Shown one piece after another: positions 11,880 through 21,870 of a DNA stretch of 27,004 nucleotides. This DNA comes from Octopus sinensis. Lineage: Eukaryota. Positions within the stretch are counted from its first letter, which is position 1. Every line of letters starts with the position of its first letter. Under the pieces are notes generated by a model. That model searched no databases. It had not been told where the DNA came from and saw nothing but the letters and a program-made list of their open reading frames with translations. The stretch spans positions 1 to 27,004 of the forward strand of contig NW_021834071.1 of NCBI RefSeq assembly GCF_006345805.1. Reading direction: 5' to 3'. The translations under genes were made by a program, and so were the position numbers.

Positions 11880-12250
11880 GGCGGCGAGCTGGCAGGATCG
11901 TTAGCACGACGGGTAAAATGCTTAGTGGCATTTCGTACATCTTCATGTTCTGAGTTCAAATTCCACCGAGGTCAACTTAGCCTTTCATCCATTCGAGGTT
12001 GATAAAATAAGTACCTGTTAAGTACTGGCGTTGATGTAATCGTCTTATTTCCTCCCTCAAAATTGCAGGTCTTTGCGACATTTCATCCGTCTTCACGTTC
12101 TGAGTTCAAATTTGGTCGAGCTCGACTCTGCCTTTCATCCTTTCGGAGTTGATAAAATAAGTACCAGTTGAGTACTGGGGCTGATGTAATCGACTTACCC
12201 TCTCCCCTGAAGTTGCTGGCCTTGTGCTAAAATTTGAAACCAATATTAAT
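11880..12250 (+). mobile_element. Older SINE-A-related copy followed by a second 5'-truncated copy (from ~12078)
   Basis: Head ggcggcgagctggcagg. The core ttctgagttcaaatt...gcctttcatcc occurs twice. Confidence 0.85.
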
Positions 12251-12620
12251 TCAAAAGAAACATTCGTATAAAATCAAATAAATTCAGTTTTTGGCATTTT
12301 GGGTTCTTCCTTTTCAACAGATAGTAATAGTTATTATTATTCATTTCCAAGTAAACTCTGATTGAGTTGACCTATAGGCTGGTCATAAAGTAGGATGTGA
12401 AAGATTTGGCTGCTATTTCTAGCAGGGTGAGTGACAGTGGCTTGGCTCTGCCGTAGTTCTGCCGTTGCTCCGTCGTTGGCTCCGAATAATAGAGGATAAA
12501 AGATTTGTTAGCCTGGCAATAAAATTGATTCAGCATTCCACGAAACCACCTTTCAACATGAAGAAGCTCATCGCATACCATCATATATAGTACTTAATCA
12601 AAACCTTAACTGGATATACT

Positions 12621-12986
12621 GGCCATGCTGGAGCACCGCTTTTAGTCGAGCAAATAGACCCCAGAACTTATTCTTTGTAAGCCTAGTACTTATTCTATCG
12701 GTCTTTTTTTGCCGAACCGCTAAGTGACGGAGACGTAAACACACCAGCATCGGTTGTCAAGCGATGTTGGGGGGACAAACACAGACACACAAACATATAC
12801 ACTTACATATATATACATATATACGATGGGCTTCTTTCAGTTTCCGTCTACCAAATCCACTCACATGGCTTTGGTCGGCCCGGGGCTATAGCAGAAGACA
12901 CTTGCCCAAGGTGCCATGCAGTGGGACTGAAACCGGAACCATGTGGTTGGTTAGCAAGCTACTTACCACACAACCACTCCTGCGCC
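12621..12986 (-). mobile_element. SINE-B, tail truncated
   Basis: Aligns with other B copies. Confidence 0.92.
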
Positions 12987-13151
12987 TACTCTGCGTGTAC
13001 TCTGCCTTGGATTATAGATGATCATCCAATATAAAAAAAAACGAACACAGGAGTGTGAGCTAATGGCATGAATCTAAAGGTTGAGCGTTCATTAACTTTT
13101 TGCGTACTTCATCCAGTACTTTACACTATCTACATCTATTCTTTTATTTTT

Positions 13152-13536
13152 TTTTTACTTGTTTCAATCATTTGACTGCGGCCATGCTGGAGCACCGCCT
13201 TTAATCGAGCAAATCGACCCCGGAACTTATTCTTTTGTAAGCCTAGTACTTATTCTATCGGTCTCTTTTGCCGAACCGCTAAGTGACGGGGACGTACACA
13301 CACCAGGATCGGTTGTCAAGCAATGCTAGGGGACAAACACAGACACACAAACATACACACATATATATATATACATATATACGACGGGCTTCTTTCAGTT
13401 TCCGTCTACCAAATCCAGTCACAAGGCTTTGGTCGGCCCGAGGCTATAATAGAAGATACTTGCCCAAGGTGCCACGCAGTGGGACTGAACCCGGAACCAT
13501 GTGGTTGGTAAACACGCTACTTACCACACAGCCACT
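13152..13536 (-). mobile_element. SINE-B
   Basis: Aligns with other B copies. Confidence 0.92.
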
Positions 13537-13780
13537 ATTTTAAAAAATGCCATTTCAACTCTACATCTATGAGCTTGCAATCCTACAGTGTCCCCCCGTG
13601 GCCACATCGTCTCTATAAATATGAACAAAAGCGTAAAGATTATAAAGAAGCATTATTCAAATGAACAATAATGAGCAAAAATAGCGTAAAACCTAAGATT
13701 CACTTATGCTGGTGTATAATTGCCTTTCAGATTATTCAAGTAATTAATTACCTGTAATAAATTATCGCTAATTAATATAC

Positions 13781-13962
13781 GACGCAGGAGTGGCTATAGG
13801 CGCAGGAGTGGGGTGTGGTAAGTAGCTTGCTAATCAAACACATGGTTCCGGGTTCAGTCCCACTGCGTGGCACCTTGGGCAAGTGTCTTCTACTATAGCC
13901 CCGGGCTGACCAATGCCTTGTGAGTGGATTTGGTAGATGGAAACTGAAAGAAGCCTGTCATA

Positions 13963-14015
<53 letters not shown>

Positions 14016-14232
14016 TTGTGTGTCTGTGTTTGTCTCCCTAGCATTGCTTGACAACCGATGCTGGTGTGTTTACGTCCCCGTCACTTAGCGGTTCGGCAAA
14101 AGAGACCGATAGAATAAGTACTGGGCTTACAAAGAATAAGTCTCGGGGTCGATTTGCTCGACTAAAGGCGGTGCTCCAGCATGGCCGCAGTCAAATGACT
14201 GAAACAAGTAAAAGAGAGTAAAAGAGTAAAGA
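13781..14232 (+). mobile_element. SINE-B with duplicated 5' head
   Basis: gacgcaggagtggctata followed by ggcgcaggagtggggtgtggtaag, then full body and tail. Confidence 0.92.
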
Positions 14233-14509
14233 GAGACGAGGTAGGAATCCAGCGAAATACTAAAATCATCGGAGCATGGAAACGTAATTATCTGTGCAGA
14301 TCGCGTGAAACGTTTCTGTTTTTATAGCATACAATATCAATGGAGGCGATTGTGGTGGTGGTCACGGTGTTCTTGTTGTTGTTATTGTTGTTAGGCCTGG
14401 TTTGTAACCATAAATTTGGAATTAAATGAAGAACAGTCTAATTAATTAATAAAACAATGATAATGTATTGTAATTATATATGTGCTCTTTTCTGCATCGC
14501 TTGAGATGA

Positions 14510-14595
14510 GTGAGTGTGTGTGTGTGCGCGTGCGTGTATGCGAGTGTGTGTGTGTGTATGTGTGTGTGTGTGTGTGTGTATACACGATGTGTGTG
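14510..14595. repeat. (TG)n-rich microsatellite
   Basis: Direct reading. Confidence 0.9.
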
Positions 14596-14602
14596 TTGTA
14601 AT

Positions 14603-14989
14603 GGTGGAAGCACTCCGTCGGTTACGACGATGAGGTTTCCGGTTGATCCGATCAACGGAACAGCCTGCTCGTGAAATTAACGTGTTAGTGGCTGAGCACT
14701 CCACAGACACGTGCACCCTTAACGTAGTTCTCGGGGATATTCAGCCTGACACAGAGAGTGACAAGGCCGGCCCTTTGAAATACAGGTACAACAGAAACAG
14801 GAAGTAAGAGTGAGAGAAAGTTGTGGTGAAAGAGTACAGCAGGGATCACCACCATCCCCTGCCGGAGTCTCATGGAGCTTTGAGGTGTTTTCGCTCAATA
14901 AACACTCACAACGCCCGGTCTGGGAATCGAAACCGCGATCCTATGACCGCGAGTCCGCTGCCCTAACCACTGGGCCATTGCGCCTCCAC
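14603..14989 (-). mobile_element. SINE-C full length with 11-bp TSD
   Basis: TSD tgtgttgtaat at 14592-14602 and 14990-15000. Near-identical to the other C copies. Confidence 0.94.
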
Positions 14990-15201
14990 TGTGTTGTAAT
15001 AGCCTGTACTGTAAAAGGTTAACGCAACTTTATGAAAGAAGTTACTTTTTTGGCAAGAATTACAGTTGTAGCAATTTGACACCGAAAATAACGTAAAGGC
15101 ATTCTTTGGATTTGAAGCGCTTCATTCTAATCTAAACATTTTAAACAGTCTCACAGACTGTAATTGGGTTATGTTGTAAAATGAGGAGAGATTTATAGTT
15201 T

Positions 15202-15202
<1 letters not shown>

Positions 15203-15237
<35 letters not shown>

Positions 15238-15282
15238 AGAGAGGGGGAGACAGATGGATATATATATATATATATAATATAG
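15203..15282. repeat. (GA)n/(TA)n microsatellites
   Basis: Direct reading. Confidence 0.9.
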
Positions 15283-15287
15283 ATACA

Positions 15288-15802
15288 CGATATAGTGTAT
15301 ATTTAAACACATAAGGAATCCACTTATAGGAATTCTACACGCTAGAAAGAACAGCTAGGTTCTATAACCCAAAATTAGGGACAAAATTCGACAGGAACAA
15401 ATTCAAAAATGAAAAATATTTTACCATCTAGTTTCCTGGACCAATTGGTTTCTGATTTTATTTTAGCGAGTCAAGGAACTCGCTAGGTGTGATCTTCAGT
15501 AGTTCCACCTAGGGTTAAACGTATACACACGGGACGATCAAAACTACTTGCCCCGTGTTTATAGGTCCTAACTTTTTCAAAATCTACTGCGCAGCCGCAG
15601 TCCCTCGCCGGCAATAAAAAAACCGCCAACTTTTAAAATCGAAAATTATCCAAAAACTTACAATATTTAATCATATCAAAGGGAAATGTGTTTAAATATA
15701 CACTATATCGCATGACTAATATATAGTCTTTTTGACTAAATCTTTACACGTTAGACCACTGGAAATGTAAATTCTAATTAATTTCCATTTCCCTTTGATA
15801 TG

Positions 15803-15806
<4 letters not shown>
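15288..15806. repeat. Fold-back module with two perfect inverted repeats (25 bp and 21 bp), flanked by (TA)n
   Basis: 15288-15312 is the reverse complement of 15686-15710. 15668-15688 is the reverse complement of 15786-15806. Confidence 0.8.
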
Positions 15807-15850
<44 letters not shown>

Positions 15851-16299
15851 AAGTGAGTGAGTGAGAGAGATAGAGAGAAAGTGAGTGAGTGAGAGAGAGA
15901 GAAGCGCAATGATTCCAGCACTTGATTCGTTTTCTGCTATACATTGACTACTCAACTAGGAAAACATGCTCTAACAATCCAATAGCAGTAACATGTCAGT
16001 AACAAGTAGAGAAGACAAACTATGAACTTAGGTGGCTCATCACAATTGGAGTTGGTATGGTTAAGCTATTTCTCCAACTAGTAATGTCTGTGTGAATATA
16101 CTTAATGAAGGGAGCTAAGAACTTTTAATTAATTAAAATTTACTTGTAGTGGGGAGAAAAAAAAACCCATTAGCTTAATGATTAATTTTAGTCGTAAAAA
16201 GATAGCGGAGACAACCACAAGATTCAATTTAAATTAATTAAAAACAGAATGCGGCCATGCAATAGGGAATGTGTCTGATATTCAGCAGCAACGGTGACA

Positions 16300-16860
16300 A
16301 CGCTGACACCTTTTAACATCTGACACTCCACTCATGATGACAGCGAACTTGTTGCAGTCAGGTGCTTAGAAATGGTGCACATTTTCTCTAGAGTGCTTCC
16401 TGTATTTCCCAAACAACAATATGAAACGGGTTTAGACACTATGCACACAAGAAACTTCTGGCATAGCTTTCAAGAATCAAGTTTCTTGAGAAATAACATC
16501 GTTATTAAGAGCTTGTTTATTTAAGGTACCAACAAGGTATTGTTACGGGTACTGGAACTCTTCATTCAAAAGAAGCTGAAGGGATCCAATCTTGTGGTAA
16601 AAGTCCTCTTGTATTTTAGAAGTAGCATTGGATTCTCCTTTTCTGATGTTATTTTCTCCAAAGAGTCAAGGAAGCAGAGTTGTATTTTCTGGTGTATTGT
16701 AAAATATGTCTGAATTCTTCAGTAGAGGCAACAAGGATCAGTTTTCGAGTTTCTGATAGATCAGCAAGGACTGGTAAATTAGCTTTCCTGTTAAAACAAG
16801 ATATTTCATCTGCGCCTTGTTTCCATTTCTTGACTGAGCACTTATCCCAAATTTTGGACA
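16300..16860 (-). pseudogene. Probable heavily decayed APE endonuclease of an RTE-like LINE
   Basis: Across stops and frameshifts the minus strand gives LSQEMETRRR*NILF*QES (cf. DI..QET), EDFYHKIG (cf. GDFNAKIG), V*TRF (cf. NT.F) and VSDVK, in the expected order. Motif spacing is shorter than usual. Confidence 0.35.
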
Positions 16861-17085
16861 TAAGTGACATTAAACTGTTTTTCAGAAGCATAGTCATACC
16901 CAGGGACATGTAAGAGAACATCTCCCTTCAACTGCTTATGTGTTTATAGCTGAAATCTAACCCTTACTGTTGTCGTTCACTAGGTGTCCCTAGTTGTCTG
17001 TTAGCACCTGTCTATTAGCATCCTGTTCACAGTGAACCTTACATTCAGTTTCAAGTGCTCTTTGAGCATCATTACTGGCAGCATT

Positions 17086-17098
17086 AGAGAGAGAGAGC

Positions 17099-17142
<44 letters not shown>
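17086..17142. repeat. (GA)n microsatellite
   Basis: Direct reading. Confidence 0.95.
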
Positions 17143-17149
<7 letters not shown>

Positions 17150-17369
17150 AGAAAGTGACTAGAAATAACAAAACTTTGAACAGGAAGTAGGAGGAAATAG
17201 AATAGTAAATTAGAGATTCAGCACTGTGGTGGCAGCAAAGGCAGCGATAGCTACATACAATACAAAGAGAAAGAGGCAAACGAGGACACATACACGCAAA
17301 CCATACAAATATACAACATACATATACACACATATATGTATCTGTATATATATATATATATATACATTA

Positions 17370-17632
17370 AAATACATTAAAAGGCTTCCAAATAAAGAAG
17401 CGAGTGCTAGATACACAAAAAGGGGATAAATTCATGAAAGGAATGAAAATCAAAAACGTTTACCATCTCAGCTAATCCTGTACCGACGGTTTCATCCTTT
17501 TTTTAGCAAATGAATAGAATTTATCTGCCAAGGCCAGAATCATCAGCAGGAAGCCTTTGTAATCCCACATGTACAGACCGTTAGAAGCACGTGCAAATCT
17601 AAGAATTTATTTGGAAGCCTTTTAATGTATTT
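17370..17632. repeat. 263-bp segment bounded by a perfect 27-bp inverted repeat
   Basis: aaatacattaaaaggcttccaaataaa (17370-17396) is the reverse complement of 17606-17632. Confidence 0.75.
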
Positions 17633-17970
17633 ATATATGAATAATATATAGTCTAATGACTAATTCGTCTTTTGTGCTGGGTCACTGGTAATAATAATTT
17701 ATTTTTATACTCTATTTACTATGTTTATATATAATATATATATATATATATATATCAATATGTGACAGCGTGTGTATCGTTGGAGATTTTCTTTCTCCGT
17801 CTTACCTTCCTTGGACCTTTCCTTTTTCTATGTTTCTGACATATATATGAGTTTCTCACTCATATATATATATATGAGTGGACAAATGAAAGAAGGGCAT
17901 TCAACCAATTTATCGGGAGTTACATGTATGGATCAAAACAGTTTGATTCAAATTCGTTGGTACCTTTTAG

Positions 17971-18006
<36 letters not shown>

Positions 18007-18119
18007 GAAATAGTGATAGATTATCAATCTGGGCAAATTACTTTCATAAGCTCTCTGTTGACACACCAGGCTAACAATATTAGTTAAATTAGTAAAGAAC
18101 TCAACATAATCTTTTGGTA

Positions 18120-18525
18120 GGGTTCCAAGTTATGCTTCATAAGACTACTGGTAAGAATTGTAAGTCAAATTTGCTCCAATAAAGGAATTGTATTTTACTT
18201 GTTTCCTTATAGAGTGTCCTAGCTACAACATCGTGCCTCATTGGTAGGTTATACCAAGATGACATTTTCGGACAATTGTTTATGATGTGTGTGATATCTT
18301 CGGTGTTAACTCTACAAAGTCTGCATCGGTTGTCACATGTATGTATGTGTGTGTGTGTGTATTTGTGTATGTATGTATGTATGTATGTATGTATGTATGT
18401 ATGTATGTATGTTTGTATGTATGTGTGTATGTATCTATATGTTTGTCTGTCTTTCTGTATGTATGTGTGTGTGTGTATGAGATCTCTCTTGCATAGCAAA
18501 TGTTATAGCTGAGTTTGAATGGCTA
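18120..18525 (-). pseudogene. R4/Dong-like (RLE-type) non-LTR retrotransposon C-terminal fragment split by (GTAT)n
   Basis: 18337-18206 translates CDNRCRLCRVNTEDITHIINNCPKMSSWYNLPMRHDVVARTLY, matching the CxxC...H...C...RHD knuckle of RLE elements. FAMQE lies upstream of the microsatellite (cf. FAIQEQ) and KHN downstream. Confidence 0.8.
18338..18480. repeat. (GTAT)n/(GT)n microsatellite
   Basis: Direct reading. Confidence 0.96.
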
Positions 18526-19083
18526 TAATTGGTGAAGATAATTAATTTAGTGCTCATACCTCGATCAGCAGCTCATCCTTTTGCGTCCTGTTCTCCCTGG
18601 GGTCGATATTACCTTTAATTTCTTCTGAATCATTTTTATCACCGTTATAAAAACGTCTGTTCCTTTCTCTATACACAAGTGGCCTTGTTAAGTCATCCCC
18701 TACACAAAAAAAAAAAAAATTAATTACAATTGAGTGGCTAATTTCTAGTATTTTTGAGACACAATTAAAATATTTGTCTATAGCCCATTAAATGTCGGAT
18801 CTTTCAATATAGAGTGCCATTTGATAGCCGTATCATTTAACAAAACAAGATAATTGTTTTGGGACGAAAGCTTTTAGGCGTTAGAATAGCATACCAATGT
18901 ATTTGGAAGTCAGGTAAAGGTCAAATTCTATTCGTTCTCTCTTTCCTTTTGTCCCATACACATACACATGAGCGATTTTTGGTTTACATGTCAACTGGAA
19001 ACATGATTTCTTACATTCATTTATTCTTTTATTTGTTACAGCCATGTTGGGGCACAACAAGTAAAAGGAAAAAAGAAACTCCT

Positions 19084-19157
19084 TAGCACGAGTGTGTTGG
19101 AACCCACGAGGACATTGGAACTTAAGTCCAACGCCTTAACCACTCGGTCATCACGCT
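19084..19157 (-). pseudogene. tRNA-Leu(TAA) pseudogene
   Basis: agcgtgatgaccgagtggttaaggcgttggacttaagttccaatgtcctcgtgggttccaacacactcgtgcta. Perfect anticodon stem ttgga/tccaa with TAA (19124-19122). Variable arm largely deleted, T-loop TTCCAAC, T-stem one base short. Confidence 0.78.
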
Positions 19158-19510
19158 CTTTGCATCACCAGAAGGATTTCAGATTTATAATGGCGAGAGA
19201 AATAAGACTGTGTTGTCACGATATAAATGAAATGAAATAGTTATGATGGGGAATCGAAATTGAATTGCTTAGGCTCACTTCGACAATATGACGGTATGTG
19301 TTGGCCTTGAAACATTTGGGGAAATTTTGGAATGGCACTTGTGAAGAAAGAGACTTGATCTAAGACCGTGTGTTGAAACTGAAGCAATTATATTGTGGAA
19401 GAACTATATTAGGCATTTAAAAACACATACACACAAAAAAAAAACCCAGTTAAATTCCCACTTCATTTATTTCTTGAGGTATCAAAATTTTCGTCGCGCA
19501 ATTTTGCAGC

Positions 19511-19896
19511 CTGGGTACGAGGCCTGAAGTTTTGGGGGAGGGGACCAGTGGATATCATCTGCTCCCGTGCGAAACTAGTACTTAATTTATCGACCCCGGG
19601 AGGATGAAAAGTTAATTCGACCCCGGCGGCATTTGAACTCAGAACACGAAGACAGACGAAATACCTATTTCTTTACTACCCACAAGGGCTAAACACAGAA
19701 GGGAACAAACAAGGACAGACAAAAGGATTAAGTCGATTTCATCGACCCCAGTGCGTAACTGGTACTTATTTAATCGACCCCGAAAGAATGAAAGGCAAAG
19801 TCGACCTCGGCGGAATTTGAACTCAGAACGTAACGGCAGACGAAATACCACTAAGCATTTCGCCTGGTGTGCTAAAGATTCTACCAGCTCAAAGCC
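19511..19896 (-). mobile_element. SINE-A dimer: full monomer (19666-19896) plus diverged 5'-truncated monomer (19511-19665)
   Basis: Minus-strand junction gggtagtaaagaaata|ggtatttcgtc. Confidence 0.85.
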
Positions 19897-19902
19897 TTTA
19901 TC

Positions 19903-19922
19903 ATAATAGTAATAATAATGAT

Positions 19923-19986
<64 letters not shown>
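19903..19986. repeat. (AAT)n microsatellite
   Basis: Direct reading. Confidence 0.96.
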
Positions 19987-19987
<1 letters not shown>

Positions 19988-20214
19988 ATAGATAAGTAGA
20001 GCGACACAAATTTTAGCATTTTAAGAAATAAATGAAACGTGAATTAGTAATTTTACGTATAAAAAAAATAACTATAATGGCTTTTCCACAATGTTGCTAT
20101 TAGGAAAAAAACGAGTGAAGATATTACGGAGGTTTTTATACATACTTCCACACACATACACACACGCCAAACATGGATTCTTGCATATTTATACATTATG
20201 CGTGTGTGTGTGCA

Positions 20215-20257
<43 letters not shown>

Positions 20258-20606
20258 GCGCGCTTACACACACATGTATACATAAGTGAACGCTAGGTTA
20301 GTTAAAATAAGTTTGTGACATATTTTAACCTCTAGATGCAAATTAAGTGCAGTTACCGTGGAGAGCTAAGGCTTTAAAATCTGTACAGATTTATCTCTCT
20401 TCGGTATCCCCCATTGATAACAGCTAAAGAGCGAGAGATGCGCCCGAGAATACAATAGAAGGTAGCACTGGGCAGAAATGGTGTTCTTGCACCTTTTACC
20501 ATAAGAGAGAATTTCTTCATTACAGTAACTACAGAGAACTTGCATTTATGACTAAACACTGCTTGGCGCTGATGCTGCTGAATATCTATGATCTCCAATC
20601 GGAGAA

Positions 20607-21021
20607 GGCAGCGAGCTGGCAGAAGCGTTAGCACGCCGGGCGAAATGCTTAGCGGTATTTCGTCTGCTGCTACGTTCTGAGTTCAAATTCCACCGAGGTC
20701 GACTTTGCCTTTCATCCTTTCGGGGTCGATTAAATAAGTACCAGTTACGCACTGGGGTCGATGTAATTGACTTAATCCCTTTGTCTGTCCTTGTTTGTCC
20801 TCTCTGTGTTTAGCCCCTTGTGGGTAGTAAAGAAATAGGTATTTCGTCTGCCGTTACGTTCTGAGTTCAAATTCCACCGAGGTCGACTTTGCCTTTCATC
20901 CTTTCGGGGTCGATTAAATAAGTACCAGTTACGCACTGGGGTCGATGTAATTGACTTAATCCCTTTGTCTGTCCTTGTTTGTCCCCTCTATGTTTAGCCT
21001 CTTGTGGGCAATAAAGAAATA
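20607..21021 (+). mobile_element. SINE-A dimer: full monomer (20607-20837) plus 5'-truncated monomer (20838-21021)
   Basis: Junction gggtagtaaagaaata|ggtatttcgtc. The monomers are nearly identical. Confidence 0.92.
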
Positions 21022-21659
21022 TATATATATGATCTATAATCGAACTGAGAATTAATTTACCACTTTAAGATTTTGTTCATGACAGAGTTAATTCAAAACA
21101 TCAGGTTATTTGAGAAACGAAATTTATGAAACGTAATGTCAAACTTGGTATAGTATTATATAGATGAATTCTAAATACCACATTCTCAAACCATCAAAGA
21201 CTCCAAAACAAACAAAATTAAAAGGCATAAATGTAGTGCATTAACTGATAGAGTACTTGATATGACTGAAAAAGTTGCTTTCTGGGAGCACCGGATTAGG
21301 TATTGTCATAAAATTAACCATATTTTAGAAACCTTTGGATAAGAGTTATATGCTAACTTATGGTACGCTGCAAAAATTCCTATGGATGACATCATTAAGA
21401 AAAAAGTACGGCACTACAAGCAACATTTCGACTTGTATGGAGTGGCATTTGTAGAACTGGATAACCGTGGTGGAAATAAGGATGAATTCTTCAGAATTTG
21501 TTTTCTTCATTTGCTCAAGCGCTAAATTCTGAGAAATTCTTAATCCCTGCACCAAATCACATTTCTTGGCATCCATTATAGAAACAGGTCGAACTAAAGG
21601 TCTAACTGGGGATGAGTAATTAGTAGCACCGAATAAGCTAATTATCAGTGATTACCGAA

Positions 21660-21870
21660 GGCGGGGAACTGGCAGAAACGTTAGCATGCCAGATAAAATG
21701 CTTAGCAGCATTTCTTTCGGCTTTACATTCTGAGTTCAAAGTCCGTGGAGGTCAGCTTTGCCTTTCAACCTTTCGCGTTCGATGAAATAAGTACCCTGGG
21801 CCGATGCAGTTGATTATATTCTTCCCCTCAAATTTCAGGTTTTGTGTGTAATATAAAACGGATTATTAAT
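21660..21870 (+). mobile_element. Diverged SINE-A-related copy
   Basis: ggcggggaactggcagaaacgttagc...ttctgagttcaaag...gcctttcaacctttc. Confidence 0.8.

Noticed and set aside
8063-11994. The 390-bp arms as TIRs of a 3.9-kb DNA transposon
   Set aside because: The arms begin mid-SINE, there is no TSD around the whole, no transposase inside, and the right arm is continuous with its flanking elements.
12445-12485. Degenerate ~11-bp tandem (gctctgccgta gttctgccgtt gctccgtcgtt)
   Set aside because: Three imperfect units with no further support.
19190-19420. Apparent peptide resemblance to the 21175-21525 frame
   Set aside because: Only scattered short matches in different frames with several stops. 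Not alignable.
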